DNA from: Eledone cirrhosa
Taxonomy: Eukaryota
NCBI GenBank assembly: GCA_964016885.1
Contig: OZ024754.1
Coordinates: forward strand, 18,352,001-18,416,000
DNA length: 64,000 nucleotides
Reading direction: 5' to 3'
Position 1 is the first letter of the stretch. The number at the start of each line of letters is the position of its first letter. Of the stretch, positions 1 through 15,985 are shown piece after piece. The notes under the pieces were generated by a model. It ran no database searches. It was not told the DNA's origin and was given only the letters and a program-made list of their open reading frames with translations. The position numbers and the translations under genes were made by a program.

Positions 1-303
1 ATATATATATATATATATATATATATCATCATCATCATCATCATCATCACTGTTTTATATATATATATATGTATATATATGTATCATCATCATCATCATC
101 ATCATCAACGTTATGTATATATATATATGTATATATATATATATGTGTATATATATATATATATGTGTATATATATATATATATGTATATATATATCTAC
201 ATATCTATGTATATATATGTATATATATCTATATGTATGTATATCTATGTATATATATCTCTATGTATATATATCTATATATCTATATATATATGTATAT
301 ATA

Positions 304-385
<82 letters not shown>
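1..385. repeat. Compound microsatellite (TA)n/(CAT)n/(CT)n/(GA)n
   Basis: Directly visible simple repeats; the ORFs here are artefacts. Confidence 0.95.
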
Positions 386-502
386 ATGTAGTGTTTTGGA
401 TGAAGCAGTTTATTACAGAAGAGTAAGGGAAAAGGATAAAAGGTTGAAATAAGAGGAAGAGTATCAAGTTCACAAAGAAAAAAAAACCAAATATGTGCAT
501 AT

Positions 503-562
<60 letters not shown>

Positions 563-1854
563 GAGAGAGCTGGACAGACAGGTAGGGAGAGAGGGGGAAG
601 AGAGTGTGAGCAGATATAAGTCAGTCAATTTTATCCCTTTCAGCTTTATTGTTATGAGAAAAACAGACTGATGAAGACAAAGGAGAAGAGCCAGTTTGTA
701 AATGTCTCCCAATTTATATTTACATTTATTCACACTAAAACAACAACAACAACAACAAAAGAAAGGAGGAGGAGGAGTTAAATAAGATAAATGAAATGAT
801 TCTTCCATTAACTGCATGTGACATTAGTAGTGACCAGTGCTGATGTTGAATGAGATGGAGTACATTATTAGTGCTTACCTGTATATTACTAGATAGGTCT
901 GCTAGTAGGATTATTGGACTTTGTACTCCTCCTACACAGTAAGAGCCAGCATCAGTTAAGGCTGGAGAGCAAAGTAGATAGCTATTTGATGTAGCCTGGA
1001 ATGGTATTTCCCGTATTGTGTCTCCACATGTATGAAGAGGGGTAATGGATTCCCTTTAGGTACTCCAATCCTTGCAATGCCTACCATCATATATAAAAAC
1101 ACATGCAAAAACCGGTTGTCTTTATAGATGATCTACTATACATGACACTGAACAACATCAATGTAACATCAATGCAGAAGAAGAGGAGGAGGAAAAGGAA
1201 GAGGAGGAGAGAGAAAAGCAGTAGCAGCAACAGTGGTAACAGCAGCAGCACCCATGATTGAAAAATTTCTAAAAAAAAAAGAATATATACTGTATTCAGT
1301 TATTTCTCAATGTAACACTTCCAAACCAAATTCATAGAAAATAAATGAGCTTTGATGTACATGAAAATTTTCTTTGAAACAACTCCGATTTAAGCATTTC
1401 AATTAAGTTAAACAGCAATTAGTTTTATCTCAGTCAATATCATCCAAGAGCACGTGATATTTCATTTAAAAGGCTGGCCAGGTGTAAATCTACTGTTGCA
1501 TTCTGATTTTCCTGAATCTATTCTCTTCTCTTCTAACAGGCAGCTGTAACACAGCAGCTACAGTCAGTCATCATGATAAACTGTCCTTGCTATTTCACTG
1601 CTTTTTTCTTCACTAAAGTGTTCAACATACATCAGTAGATGTTGTCGTAGCAGCAGTACTAGTAGTAGTTCTATATACACACAACACATACAACATTACT
1701 TATAGCAGTCTCAGGAAATGACTGCAGCTTTAGGCATTCCCAATATTCTGCAGCCATTAAGACCAATAAGGCATGGAAGAATCCTGATTTTTGGTAAATC
1801 CATCTTCTCAGATTCTTTCTATTTATTATACATTTTATATATACATATATATAA

Positions 1855-1924
<70 letters not shown>

Positions 1925-2795
1925 TATTCTTGTTCACCTCTCTCTCGCTCTCTCTAAATGATCAACTAATGATCAAATGCAGACATTTAATATGTCTGCA
2001 GGACTGCTGGGTTTTCTAAGTTGTCAGAAAAGCTAGCTAGTATGTACGTCTGTTGTACATGATGATAAGCAAGTTAGCAAGCCAGCAAGCAAGCCCAGAA
2101 AAACCTATGGAAGAAGGAGGAAGAGGAAGAAGTGGAGAAAGATGGATTGGAGGAGGAGGCAACAAGAAAGAGAGGAAGCTCAGCATTAGACATCAAGGAT
2201 GAGAGGGGGGGGGGGTAAATCTAAACATTAAACACCATGTGTAAACATGGTATCTGAATACATAAGTGAATAAAGTAGTGAAAAGACAAGATATATAAAA
2301 GAAAGAAGAACTAAACTATGGAATCCATAAAAAGATATTAAAAACATTCAACAGATGAAGACAGACAGACAGACTTTATGATAGTTCCATGTTTTGAGAT
2401 GGAAGGGAATGGAAAGAAAACATTATGATATATATTTTTTAATAGAAATATACAGATGGTAAAAATGGTTATTTCAATAATTAGGAGTATGAGAAGGAAG
2501 TTAAAATATATATAGCAGAAGTAAATATTACCTGTTAGAGATAATTTGAAGAAATCACCTATATGTCTTTATATACATATACATATATATGTGTGTGTTT
2601 ATATATATACATATACACATACATATACCAATATATATATACATATACCTATAAATATACATACATATACACATTTATATACACATACATACATATACAT
2701 ACTTATATATATTTGTTTGTATACATATTCTATATATCATCATCAAAACCATCATCATTTAACGTCCATCTTCCACACTATCATAGGTTAGACGG

Positions 2796-2853
<58 letters not shown>

Positions 2854-3189
2854 ATCAACATCATCATCATTTTTACAATGACTTTTTCATGCTGGCATGG
2901 GAATTTTTTAGTGCTAGTGTCACAAGAAAACGCACTCAGTAGAGTGCAGGATTGTATAGAGGCGGGATGCAGGCTTGAAGCTCATCAGAGGGGTCAGCAG
3001 ACCTGACTAATCCTTGCTAGCAGGGAAAACATGTTCCATGATGATGAAAACATGTTCCATGATGATGATTATACACACACCTATATATACAGACAAGTGC
3101 ATACATATACACATATAATTATATATATATACACATATATCTATATACATATACACATATATTTATATATATACACATATATCTATATA

Positions 3190-3536
3190 CATCATCATCA
3201 TCATCATCATCATTTTACGTCCGCTTTTCCCTGCTTGCAAGGGTGGGACGGGAACTGATTCTGGCTTAATTTCTACAGCTGGATGTCCTTCCTAACACCA
3301 ACCTCATTTACAGTGAGTGCTGGGTGCTTTTTTGCCGTGGCACCTCCACGACCACTTTGCAGTGGAATGATAGGGACCCCAGTCCCTATCATCTCATTTC
3401 TACAGCTGAGTAAACTGGAGCAATGTGAAATAAAGTGTCTTGCTCAAGGAAACAACACATCACCCGGTCTGAGAATTTGAACTCACAACCTTTCGATTGC
3501 AAGGCCAATGCTCTAACCACTAAGCCATGTGCCTCC
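3190..3536 (-). mobile_element. tRNA-derived CORE-type SINE, family A (RTE-type tail), full length
   Basis: Reverse complement of 41520-41860. Head GGAGGCACATGGCTTAGTGGTTAGAGC with B-box GAGTTCAAATTC, CORE-like GCAAGACACTTTATTTCACATTGCTCCAGTTTACTCAGCTGTAGAAATGAG, (ATG)n tail. Confidence 0.9.
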
Positions 3537-4990
3537 ATATACACATATATCTATATACATATACACATATATTTATATACATATACACATATTTATATAC
3601 ATATACACACATATATATATACACATATATCTATATACATATACACATATATCTATATACATATACACATATATCTATATACACATATATTTATATACAT
3701 ATACACATATATCTATATACATATACACATATATCTATATACATATACACATATTTATATACATATACACATATTTATATACATATACACATATATCTAT
3801 ATACATATACAGATATACACATATATCTATATACATATACAAATATATTTATATACATATACACATATCTATATACATAAACACATATATCTATATACAT
3901 ATACACATATATCTATATACATATACACATATATCTATATACACATATATTTATATACATATACACATATATTTATATACATATACACATATATTTATAT
4001 AATATACACATATATCTATATACATATACACATATATCTATATACATATACACATATATCTATATACATATACACATATATCTATATACATATACACATA
4101 TCTATATACATATACACATATATTTATATAATATACACATATATCTATATACATATACACATATATCTATATACATATACACATATACCTATATACATAT
4201 ACATATATATCTATATACATATATACATATTTATATACATATACACATATATCTATATACATATACACATATATCTATATACATATATACATATTTATAT
4301 ACATATACACATATATCTATATACATATACACATATATCTATATACATATTTATATACATATACACATATATCTATATACATATACACATATATCTATAT
4401 ACATATACACATATACCTATATACATATACATATATATCTATATACATATATACATATTTATATACATATACACATATATCTATATACATATACACATAT
4501 ATCTATATACATATACACATATATCTATATACATATACACATATATCTATATACATATATACATATTTATATACATATACACATATATCTATATACATAT
4601 ACACATATATTTATATACATATACACATATATCTATATACATATATACATATATCTATATACATATACACATATATCTATATACATATACACATATATCT
4701 ATATACATATACACATATATCTATATACATATACACACATATCTATATACATATACACATATATCTATATACATATATACATATTTATATACATATACAC
4801 ATATATCTATATACATATACACATATATTTATATACATATACACATATATCTATATACATATATACATATATCTATATACATATACACATATATCTATAT
4901 ACATATACACATATATCTATATACATATACACATATATCTATATACATATACACATATATCTATATACATATACACATATATCTATATAC

Positions 4991-5021
<31 letters not shown>

Positions 5022-5605
5022 CATATATATCTATATACATATACACATATATCTATATACATATACACATATATCTATATACATATACACACATATCTAT
5101 ATATATATACACATATATCTATATATATATACACATATATCTATATACATATATGCATATATCTATATACATATATACATATTTATATAATATACACATA
5201 TATCTATATACATATACACATATATCTATATACATATACACATATATTTATATACATATACACATATATTTATATACATATACACATATATTTATATAAT
5301 ATACACACATATCTATATACATATACACACATATCTATATATATATACACATATATCTATATACATATACACATATATCTATATACATATACACATATAT
5401 CTATATACATATACACATATATCTATATACATATACACACATATCTATATATATATACACATATATCTATATACATATACACATATATCTATATACATAT
5501 ACACACATATCTATATACATATACACATATATCTATATATATATACACACATATCTATATATATATACACATATATCTATATACATATATGCATATATAC
5601 ATATG
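3537..5605. repeat. ~2 kb TA/CA-derived minisatellite, ~22-bp unit ATATACACATATATCTATATAC
   Basis: Visible periodicity; the 744-aa Y/I/H/T ORF is a by-product. Confidence 0.9.
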
Positions 5606-5709
5606 TCACTATATAATTTTTCCATGTAGCATGGCGTTAGTATCCTCCAAAATACTGAATGAAAACTAAACAACAAAGGAGTAAGGAGAAGGAATTCAGT
5701 TCCATAGAT

Positions 5710-5975
5710 ACCCACCACCACCACCTCTACTTCTACTACCACCACCACTACTACTACTGCTACTACCACCACCACCACCACCACTGCTACTACTACCACC
5801 TCTACTTCTACTACTTCTGCTACTGCCACCTCTACCACCACCACTACTACCACCACCACCAACACTACTAGCGCCACCACCACCACTGCTACTACTACTA
5901 CTAGTAAGTTACTACTATAACATGACCAAAGCAACAACTAAACTAATGTTCCTACTATAACGCAGCAACTATATT
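5710..5975. repeat. (CAC)/(TAC) trinucleotide low-complexity tract, resuming after the Helitron at ~7590-7700
   Basis: Visible accaccactactac repeats on both sides of the Helitron. Confidence 0.85.
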
Positions 5976-5980
5976 TAATA

Positions 5981-7588
5981 CTAGCAGTGGTACCCGGCGT
6001 TGCACGGGATAAGGTATTTTGAAACGCAGGCCGCCAACAGACCTATTCGTGGAAAAACTTCATGATTGGACAATATGCAAAGAAAATAAACTGAATACTC
6101 TGATGGCTGGATAATATTTAAGATTTTCCTCGATGAAGCAGGAAAAATGCAGGTTTTCACCTAATGAGAGCCCTGGGGGATCAAGAAAATGAATTTTTTT
6201 ATGTGCATAATATGCCTTGAAATTTCTGGAAAATCGGCTAGACGTAACGCCTCATAAAAGCCTAAAAAGCTGAAAAAATGAAGTTTTTCACCTAATGCCG
6301 GCCCTAGGCCATAAGAAAGTTGGATTTTCTTTGCTCACGGTATGAAGAGACTGACTAATACATAGTTACAATTTCAATTTCAAGGAAATCGGTCTGAGGT
6401 AACACAAAAAAAACCCTAAAAATCTGGAAAAAACGTAGTTTTTCAGCTAATGCGGGATAAAAAAGGAGATAAAAAAGTTGAATTTTTGTATGTGCATAAC
6501 ACTCCCTGAAACATTAGTAATACACATGTAAAATTAAAAAAAAATCGGTTGTGTACTTCTCTAGTTTTAGGGATTCAAACTCAGACACATACACACACAC
6601 ACAGACAGACAGACATCCTCAGGGAAGTGACGTAATGCAGACAGCCAGACAGATATTATAAGGGCGCGACGTTATATGTATCTATCTATCTAAAAAGAGA
6701 AAGACTAAGAATTATAGAGCGAGATCGCTAAATCGCCTAATGCAGTCCCTAGGGCATTGAAAATTTGAAATTGTTTTTGCTCACAACACTCCCTGAAACA
6801 TAAGTATTATAGGTGTAAAGTTTGAAAACAGTCTGTTTGGTGATTCTCTACAATACTAAGCGGTAAAATAGTAACTTTTGTTCTCGTAAAGGCACGTAAG
6901 TAAGCAAACTGAAGCTATAACAGCGATGTTTTTCTTTACCGGCTTTAATGTTTAGTGTTGTGTGAAATATATAACCTGCAAACCTGATTTTTGAATTGCA
7001 GCAGGGTCGACTTTATTTCACTAGCTCCACTAAAAGTTGGATTTTCTTTCCTCACGGTATGAAGAAGAGACTGACTAATACATAGTTATCGGCTTTCATT
7101 TTTAGTGTTGTGTGAAATATATAACCGCCTTAGCTAAGCTTAGTATTGCCACAACCACGGCTGGCAAAGAAGTAAGGGTCAGGTGGTATGTAACTAAGCA
7201 ACACTGTGGCTTGAAACGTGAGGAAGAAGCTGTGTGCACTTACCAACTGTTTGGGGAATGAGTGTGAGATTTGTCTTGAGCAAGGGTGGCGGAATAACCG
7301 GAGGCAGCAGACAGTCAGACATACAGACAGATATTATAAGGGCGCGACGTTATATGTATGTATCTATCTAAAAAGAGAAAGACTAAGAATTATGAGATAG
7401 ATCGCTAAATCGCCTAATGCAGTCCCTAGGGCATTGAAAATTTGAAAATTTTTTTTGCTCAGAACACTCCCTGAAACATAAGTATTACATGTATAAAGTT
7501 TGAAAACAGTCGGTTAGGTGGTTCTCGACTTTTAGGGATTCGAACTCACACACACACAGACAGACATCCTCAGTTTTATATATATAGA
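5981..7588 (-). mobile_element. Non-autonomous Helitron with internal duplications
   Basis: Minus strand begins TCTATATATATAAAACTGAGGATG and ends with GC-rich hairpin CCCGTGCAACGCCGGG followed by TACCACTGCTAG. Inserted at A|T with no TSD. 6640-6850 is repeated at ~7308-7530. Confidence 0.85.
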
Positions 7589-7765
7589 TGACAACTATAT
7601 CTACTGCGACTACTGTAACTAACAATACTACTACTACTACTACAATAGTACTACTACTGTACTAATACTACAGCTGTAACTAACAATACTATTACTACTG
7701 GACATAACACATTGGTAATAGTGTAAAGATTATTATATAAGTATATATAAAAGATAATTGTGTGT

Positions 7766-8140
7766 GAAGGTGTGTGGTTGAGTGGTTAGAGCGCCGGGCT
7801 TACAATCATGAAGTTATGAGTTTGATTCCCGGACTAGGCTGTGTTGTGCTCTTGAGTAAGACACTTTATTTCACATTGCTCCAGTTCACTCAGCTGTAGA
7901 AATGGGTTGACATTACTGGTGCCAAGCTGTATCAGCCTTAGCCTTTCCTTTGGGCAATAGCGGTGGCATGGAGATGGGAGACTGGTATACATGGGTCACT
8001 GCTGGTCTTCCACAAACAAACTTGCTCGGACTTGTGTCTCAGAGGGCAACTGTCTAGGTGCAAATCCCTTGAAGGGCGTCCTTACCTGTTATATATAAAT
8101 GCAAGCATGGAAAAGCAGTCGTAAAAATGATGATGATGAT
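7766..8140 (+). mobile_element. CORE-type SINE with the family A head but a different 3' body
   Basis: TGGTTGAGTGGTTAGAGC and GAGTTTGATTCCC boxes, shared CORE-like block at ~7855-7905, then unrelated sequence and an (ATG)n tail. Confidence 0.75.
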
Positions 8141-8179
8141 TTTTTTTTTATATATATATAAAATACTAGCTCTTTCAAT

Positions 8180-9180
8180 TGCGCAGAGGGTTCTATAGAA
8201 ATAGTGGACAGCTTCCGTTACCTGGCGATAAAATCAGCAGTGGGGGAGGGTGCTCTGAAAGTACAGTAGCTAGAGTCAGAACTGGTTGGAAAAAGTTCAG
8301 AGAGCTTATACCACTATTAGCTGCTAAAGGGTTCTCCCTAAAAATGAAAGGCAGGTTGTACGATGCCTGCATACGAACAGCAATGCTGCATGGCAGTGAG
8401 ACCTGGGCATTGTGTGCAGAGGATATACGCAGACTAGAGAGAAACGAAGCTTGCATGCTCCGCTGGATGTGTAACAGTAATATACGTGAACGGCAAAGCA
8501 TAAACGAACTAAGGAAAAAATTAGAGATAAGAGAGATCAGATGTTGTTTACTCGAGAGAAGGCTACGTTGGTATGGACACGTGATGCACATGAAAGTCGA
8601 TAGCTGTATAACAAAGTGCAGGGCAATAAAGATAGACGGTAGTCACGGAATAGGCAGACCTAGAAAACATGGGATGAGCTGATAAACTCCGACCTCACAC
8701 ACTTACACCTCTCCAAGACAATGTCACTGGACCGAGACCTTTGGCGGTACTCAGTAACAGAGAAGACCCGCCTTACCTAAACATATAGTAAAACCTACTC
8801 CAGCCAGTAGGCATCTCTAACAAAATACACCCCGTCCCACCACCCCCACCCCCACCCCATCCACACCACCCCGTTCTATGTAAAGTTATGTTGGTGCCGC
8901 GCCATCCAGGCCGAAACAAATGAGATCGTGTAGGTGTCACGACAAAAAAACACACAGTCCACGCTGTAATGTGGCCGTGTAGGCAACACGGTAAAAACCT
9001 CCCAGACCCACACTGTAAATGTGGTTGGTGTTAGGAAGGGCATCCAACTGTAGAAAACCTGCCAGACAGTCCTATGCGAGCAAGACAATCACTCTTGCCT
9101 CAAGTGGGACTACCCCCGTCCAAACCCATGCAAGCGTGGAACACGGACGTTAAACGTTGATGATGATGATGATGATGATG
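8180..9180 (+). mobile_element. 5'-truncated RTE-clade LINE (RT C-terminus plus 3' UTR)
   Basis: GGGCSESTVARVRTGWKKFRELIPLL..KGRLYDACIRTAMLHGSETW..RRLRWYGHVMHM..GRPRK are typical RTE ORF2 C-terminal motifs; (GAT)n tail. Confidence 0.9.
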
Positions 9181-9184
9181 ATAT

Positions 9185-9522
9185 AGGCACATGGCTTAGT
9201 GGTTAGAGCATTGGCCTTGCAATCGAAAGATTGTGAGTTCAATTCTCAGACCGGGTGATGTGTTGTTTCCTTGAGCAAGACACTTTATTTCACATTGCTC
9301 CAGTTTACTCAGCTGTAGAAATGAGATGATAGGGACTGGGGTCCATATCATTCCACTGTAGAGTGGTCGTAGAGGTGCCATGGCAAAAAAGCACCCAGCA
9401 CTCACTGTAAATGAGGTTGGTGTTAGGAAGGGCATCCAGCTGTAGAAATCAAGCCAGAATCAGTTCCCGTCCCACCCTTGCAAGCAGGGAAAAGCGGACG
9501 TAAAATGAAATGATGATGATGA
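9185..9522 (+). mobile_element. SINE family A copy
   Basis: Near-identical to 41520-41860. Confidence 0.9.
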
Positions 9523-9769
9523 TATATATATATATACACACACACACTCACTTGCATGCAATATATACAAACATTAGTATTTCCCAAACTTCTATTCACA
9601 CACACAATGACTACTAAATAGTCTCACTATTTTAACACAAGGAGCATTTAATAGAGAACTCCCCCAAAATATCATCCCAATTCCCACGTGAAAGAGAATC
9701 AGTCTTTTTTTCTTGTCTATTTGAATGGAGAGAACAGTATTGATAACTTTCTTTGAATTCTAGCAATGT

Positions 9770-10290
9770 ATAGAAAAGAATAGATACTATGGTGTAACTT
9801 TAGGACAGACCTATAGCTCTTAGCTGTCAGTAATATGTATAAGATATATATTATTTGACAAGCCCATAGGTCTTAACTCTCAGTAATGGCATACTATATG
9901 ACAGACCTAAAGGTGTGGATTGGCAGTATCGGTAGAGGGTCGGATGCCATGCTTTGCAGCAAAGAGTTACGGCCCTTTACGAGCTGAGTTCAAATCCCGC
10001 CGAGGTTACCTTTGCCTTTCATCCTTACAGGGTCGATAAAATAAAGTACCAGTAATTTCACTGGGATAATTGCTGGCCTTGTGCCAAAAGTAGAAACAAT
10101 ATATATAAGATATGACATAGTATATGACAGACCTATAGGTCTTAGTTGTCAGGAATTTATATAAGATATGGCATACTATAAGACAGGCCTATACATTTAA
10201 GCTCTCAGTCATTTATATAAGAAATGATACTCAGTGTAATATATGATAAACTTAAAGGGTTTAGCTGTCAGTGATGTATATAAGAAAAGA
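9770..10290. repeat. Degenerate ~60-bp tandem repeat (GATACTAT..GACAGACCTATAG..TTAGCTGTCAG..TATAAGA)
   Basis: Recurring motifs; the same unit reappears at ~12025-13000; interrupted by a SINE. Confidence 0.7.
9911..10100 (+). mobile_element. tRNA-derived Deu/Nin-domain-like SINE, family B
   Basis: A-box TGGCAGTATCGG, B-box GAGTTCAAATCCC, block TTGCCTTTCATCCTTACAGGGTCGATAAAATAAAGTACCAG resembling the Deu/Nin domain; multiple copies in the window. Confidence 0.85.
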
Positions 10291-11048
10291 TAATTAGTTA
10301 AGCCTTTCACAGCCTTATTTCCAATAAAATAATATCTCACTCTAATCCTTGTTAACAGGGAAAGTAGATTTTAAATGTTCATGATGATGATGATGCCTAG
10401 GATTTTCACATAATTGTGGAAATAATTTGTATGGATTTAGTAATATAACTAAACCTTCCATTGTTGAGCTGGTGTTTGAAACACAAAGGTTTTTACATAA
10501 AATTCCGATGGAGGGTATTTAGTAAATCTGATATAAACACTTAAAAACAAAATCTTGTATCACAGAACGAGGAGCAGTTTCAGATAGATTCATTTTAAAA
10601 ACAGTAGTGGTCGAGATGGTGATGATGATGGTGATGGTGATGGTGGTGATGATGGAGATAGTGATGATGATGGTTATGATGGTGGTGGTGGCGGTGATGG
10701 TGATGGTTGTGATGATAAATTATGAAAATTGTATTTTAAAAAAATGAAGACAAAATGGATTAATTTTATATGTAGAATTTAATGGATAAATCCTCAAAAG
10801 AAGGTTTCCAAGTGAAAGAAAATCATATTTTGAAATATTTAAAAATATTTCTTTATTATTGTTAACAGAAAATTTATTCCAGTGAAGATTTTTGTCTTAT
10901 TTTAATCAGTATGTCATGAAAAAAAATATTTAGTGCAAATATAATTTGTGTAGAGTTATAAATGAAATTACTTTATTAACCCCATTAACATTTATACACA
11001 CTAGCTGTGTATATAAATATACATGCATACATACATATGCATATATTT

Positions 11049-11080
<32 letters not shown>

Positions 11081-11102
11081 GTAATCACACACAGACATAA
11101 AC

Positions 11103-11158
<56 letters not shown>

Positions 11159-11712
11159 TCACATACAGAGAGAGAGAGGGGGAGGTAAATCTGATTAAAC
11201 AGTTCTGACCAAAAGGTCACACACATACGCTGCTTACATTCAACAACAAAAATAAATAAATAAATAAATAAATAATAATAATAATGATAATAATAATAAT
11301 AAAGTACAGGAAACGTTGAAAATCCCCAAATCAATATGGATTTATTTTTCGATTCATTGAGTTAAAGTTAATATCTGAAAACAATAAGTTGTCAGATATG
11401 TGGAGAGAAAAAAAGAAGAAAACAGAAACAAGCTAAAAACTACTTCAGCAAGAAGTAGTGATGTGGGTGGTAAAGATATTGATCTGACGCACCAATTGGA
11501 GAAATGAGCTTTTAGTCTAACAGTTTATTATAATAGGATAGTAGAAATCCAATGGAGTAAGTAGGCCAAAACGGAGAAAATGTTATATATAACTGATGGC
11601 TTTCTACGAATTCTAGTAATGTATATATAGGGTGTATACAAAATGTATATATATACATATATATATATATGGTGAATCTACAGTAACTTGACGTTACAAT
11701 CTCGCTCTCTCT

Positions 11713-13000
<1,288 letters not shown>

Positions 13001-13503
13001 AGCCATCTATAGAAATTTAAAATGATTCAGTTAACAAGATGATCATGATCAGACACAAACTCTGAAATAGAAAAATAAGGAGCAAAATTAATGTGAGAGT
13101 AAATCTGAAAATATTGAGGAACTGGCTGAAAATTAAGGACTTGTACATACTGATGTAATTATCCTTGCATACATTTTACCCATCTCAAGAGAATATCTTC
13201 ATGTACTGCTGTTATATCTTCCTGTTTTTTACAGGCAACATTTTTGAAATATTAACTTTTGTGTCTACAAATTAGTTTTTCTCAGTTTCAGAAGATCCCA
13301 CATGGGGGAAAGCAGTAGTTTATTGCTTAAACTGTTAAACTGTACTTATATATAACAGTAAACAGACCACATGAAAGAAACCAGATTTATATTGGACTGA
13401 CCAATTCAATTCCACAAACTTACTATATTTCCAATGATACGTATATATATATATATATGTGTGTGTGTGTGCATATATATATGTACGTGTATATGTATGT
13501 ATG

Positions 13504-13604
<101 letters not shown>

Positions 13605-13654
13605 ATGTATATATATATCTATATATATATATATAGAATTAGAATTTTATTTTT

Positions 13655-13925
13655 AATATTCAGCAAGGCCAGCCATAACTCGCCTGGTATGCAAATGAGG
13701 CTACTCAGCAGATGTGTACTTAAGAAAATACAATATATTTTCAATCGTTCAACAGACTGGCATAGGTATACACTCCTGATGAAGGGTAATGACCCAGAAA
13801 TATGTTGATTGTTCCGCAAACTCAGTGTTGAGCAAACAGGTGACGATCGATCACCGGCACAGCTTCAAATCGGGCCGTTTATTTACAAACGAATCGAACA
13901 TTATTATTAATGTTCAGTATAACAT
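13655..13925 (+). mobile_element. Small non-coding hammerhead-bearing repeat, family H copy 1
   Basis: Colinear with 38640-38900: TATGCAAAT.AGGCT.CTCAGC, CGTTCAA, GGTATA, hammerhead, CAGTGTTGA.CAAA..GGTGACGAT, terminal GAACATT..AATGTTC hairpin. Confidence 0.7.
13771..13811 (+). ncRNA. Minimal type-I hammerhead ribozyme motif (degenerate)
   Basis: CACTC-CTGATGA-a-GGGT-AATG-ACCC-a-GAAA-TAT-GTT-GATTG: core intact, 4-bp stem II, stem I with one mismatch. Confidence 0.6.
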
Positions 13926-14207
13926 ATGTATGTGTGTGTGTGTGTGTGCACGCGTGCACATTTACATTTATATATATTCATTAAAACAACAACAGAGGCC
14001 AAACAGGAAAATTTCGTTCAGAATTTTAATTCTGCGAAAGCGCTATATATATTGTTTGATGTCCCAGCATCCGATCACGGTGCAAGACTTAGACGTATCT
14101 TTTGCGGAATTAGACAACAGGATTACGTTGAACACAGAGAATAGAAAATAGAGGGTTGATTCAATAGAGGGCAGCCTGCTAATTCATTGTTATAGCCATG
14201 CCAGATG

Positions 14208-14255
<48 letters not shown>

Positions 14256-14747
14256 AAATGAAAAAGTTTTTAATGGCCAAAGAATTACAATTAAAATATA
14301 CAATGGATAAGGAATTGGAATGCCATCTTTTAGAATAAGTTATTATAGAAGTTGCAGTCTAGAGTGGTACATTGGCAGGATTGTTAGCATGCCAGATGCA
14401 ATGCTATGGAATGGCATCTGTTCCAGTTGTGTACATTTACATATGTGTTTTTAATGTGGATTTAAATCTCATCCCTCTTCCACTAACAAAATGGTGACAT
14501 GAACAAACATACTTTGTATGACATGAAACAGCATAGAGGGCCAGATAAATTTATGAAGGCATGGACCATAACAAAAATATACTGGATGCAGGTAAACTAA
14601 TTCACTTACCTCTCAGGATAGGCACTAATTATACATATTATTATTATTATTATTAATTATTAGCCTTGATAAAGTGGATCTCATGTATCATTCCTTTAAT
14701 ATTACAGAATATTCAGCAGTTATTTTATGAAAAAAGCTTTGACTTAA

Positions 14748-14952
14748 CTCTTTAGCATTTAAACCGCCCATATCGGGCCAGGATTTTCTCACCTTTTTCT
14801 GTTCAAACTGGCTGTAACTGGCTGCTCATACTGATGTTAAGGTATTGTTCTCAAAATAAATATCAAAATCTTATAGCTTCAATATTATGTGAGGTAAAGC
14901 CTTTACCACAAAAATACAATAGTATATATAGAGTAATGTAAATACTAAAGGA
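14748..14952 (+). mobile_element. piggyBac-type MITE
   Basis: TTAA on both sides; termini CTCTTTAGCATTTA / TAAATACTAAAGGA; homologous copies at 32718, 36515, 56031 and 61989. Confidence 0.75.
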
Positions 14953-15985
14953 TTAAGATATATTAAGATATAAAGATGCAACATTTGAATTAGAAACAAA
15001 AGACAAAGGAAATGTGTATAAAGCAACTTACCAAACAACCAGTTCTAGAGATATATTTAACAAGTTGCTCTCCACACTGATGGAATGGTAGATAGCGACT
15101 GAATAAGTCTGGGATTCTAGAAGTGGACACTTTTGTACCTTGCTACAACAGGAATAGATGACAACAACAGCACACACATTCACACATACAGAAACACATA
15201 TACACACACTTTTGTACCTTGCTATATCAATAAGTATAGATTGCAACCATGCAATCGCACACATTTGACCTTAACTGTTATTGAAACAGTGTCTTCTATT
15301 TAATTAATAATAAAATGTTAATTGTTGGTAACAGATTGATTCTATAGTAAAACCCAATATACATTGATGCTATAGTAAAATCAAATATGCATTCATAAAT
15401 AATAGAAGAAAATCATTTCTAAAGTCAATATGAGCAACCCATTTAGCATGTCATAAAATTTGTTTAGAAAGTGAGTCATATTGTTTCTATATAAATCAAG
15501 GTCTTTCTAAATAATGGACCATCTGGTCAGAATCTCAGGTCATAGAAAACCAGTAATGGCTTTAGTTTAGATTAGATACACTGAATTATATTCTAAAGAA
15601 TTTACATTCAACTTTATGCAACACAGAATATTAAATATTATTTTTGGTTTCTAAACCAAGTTTTATCAATAAATCTCTCCTGACACCCTACAGTTTTTCG
15701 GGTGTTTTTCAGAAAGGACAAATTGAATAAGGAGGCCATATAATTGATTCTCTCTTTATGGAAACAACTTTGTCTTCAACAGAAATTAATGCTGTGTTGT
15801 GGAATTCTTTACTGTCATCTATTTTCCTACCAGGACACTGCAACAGAATCTGGTATTTGTAGTCTACTGTGAGGTAATTTCTGTATTTCACACATATTGA
15901 GACTGGATCTCCTAAATCACAGCTTTCAAGTGGAATAGGAAACAATGTACTCAAATTTCTTCCTGTGTATGACACAAAGGCATCT

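Noticed and set aside
3435-5669. 744-aa ORF and other Y/I/H/T- or C/V-rich ORFs
   Set aside because: Translations of TA/CA microsatellites that happen to lack stops.
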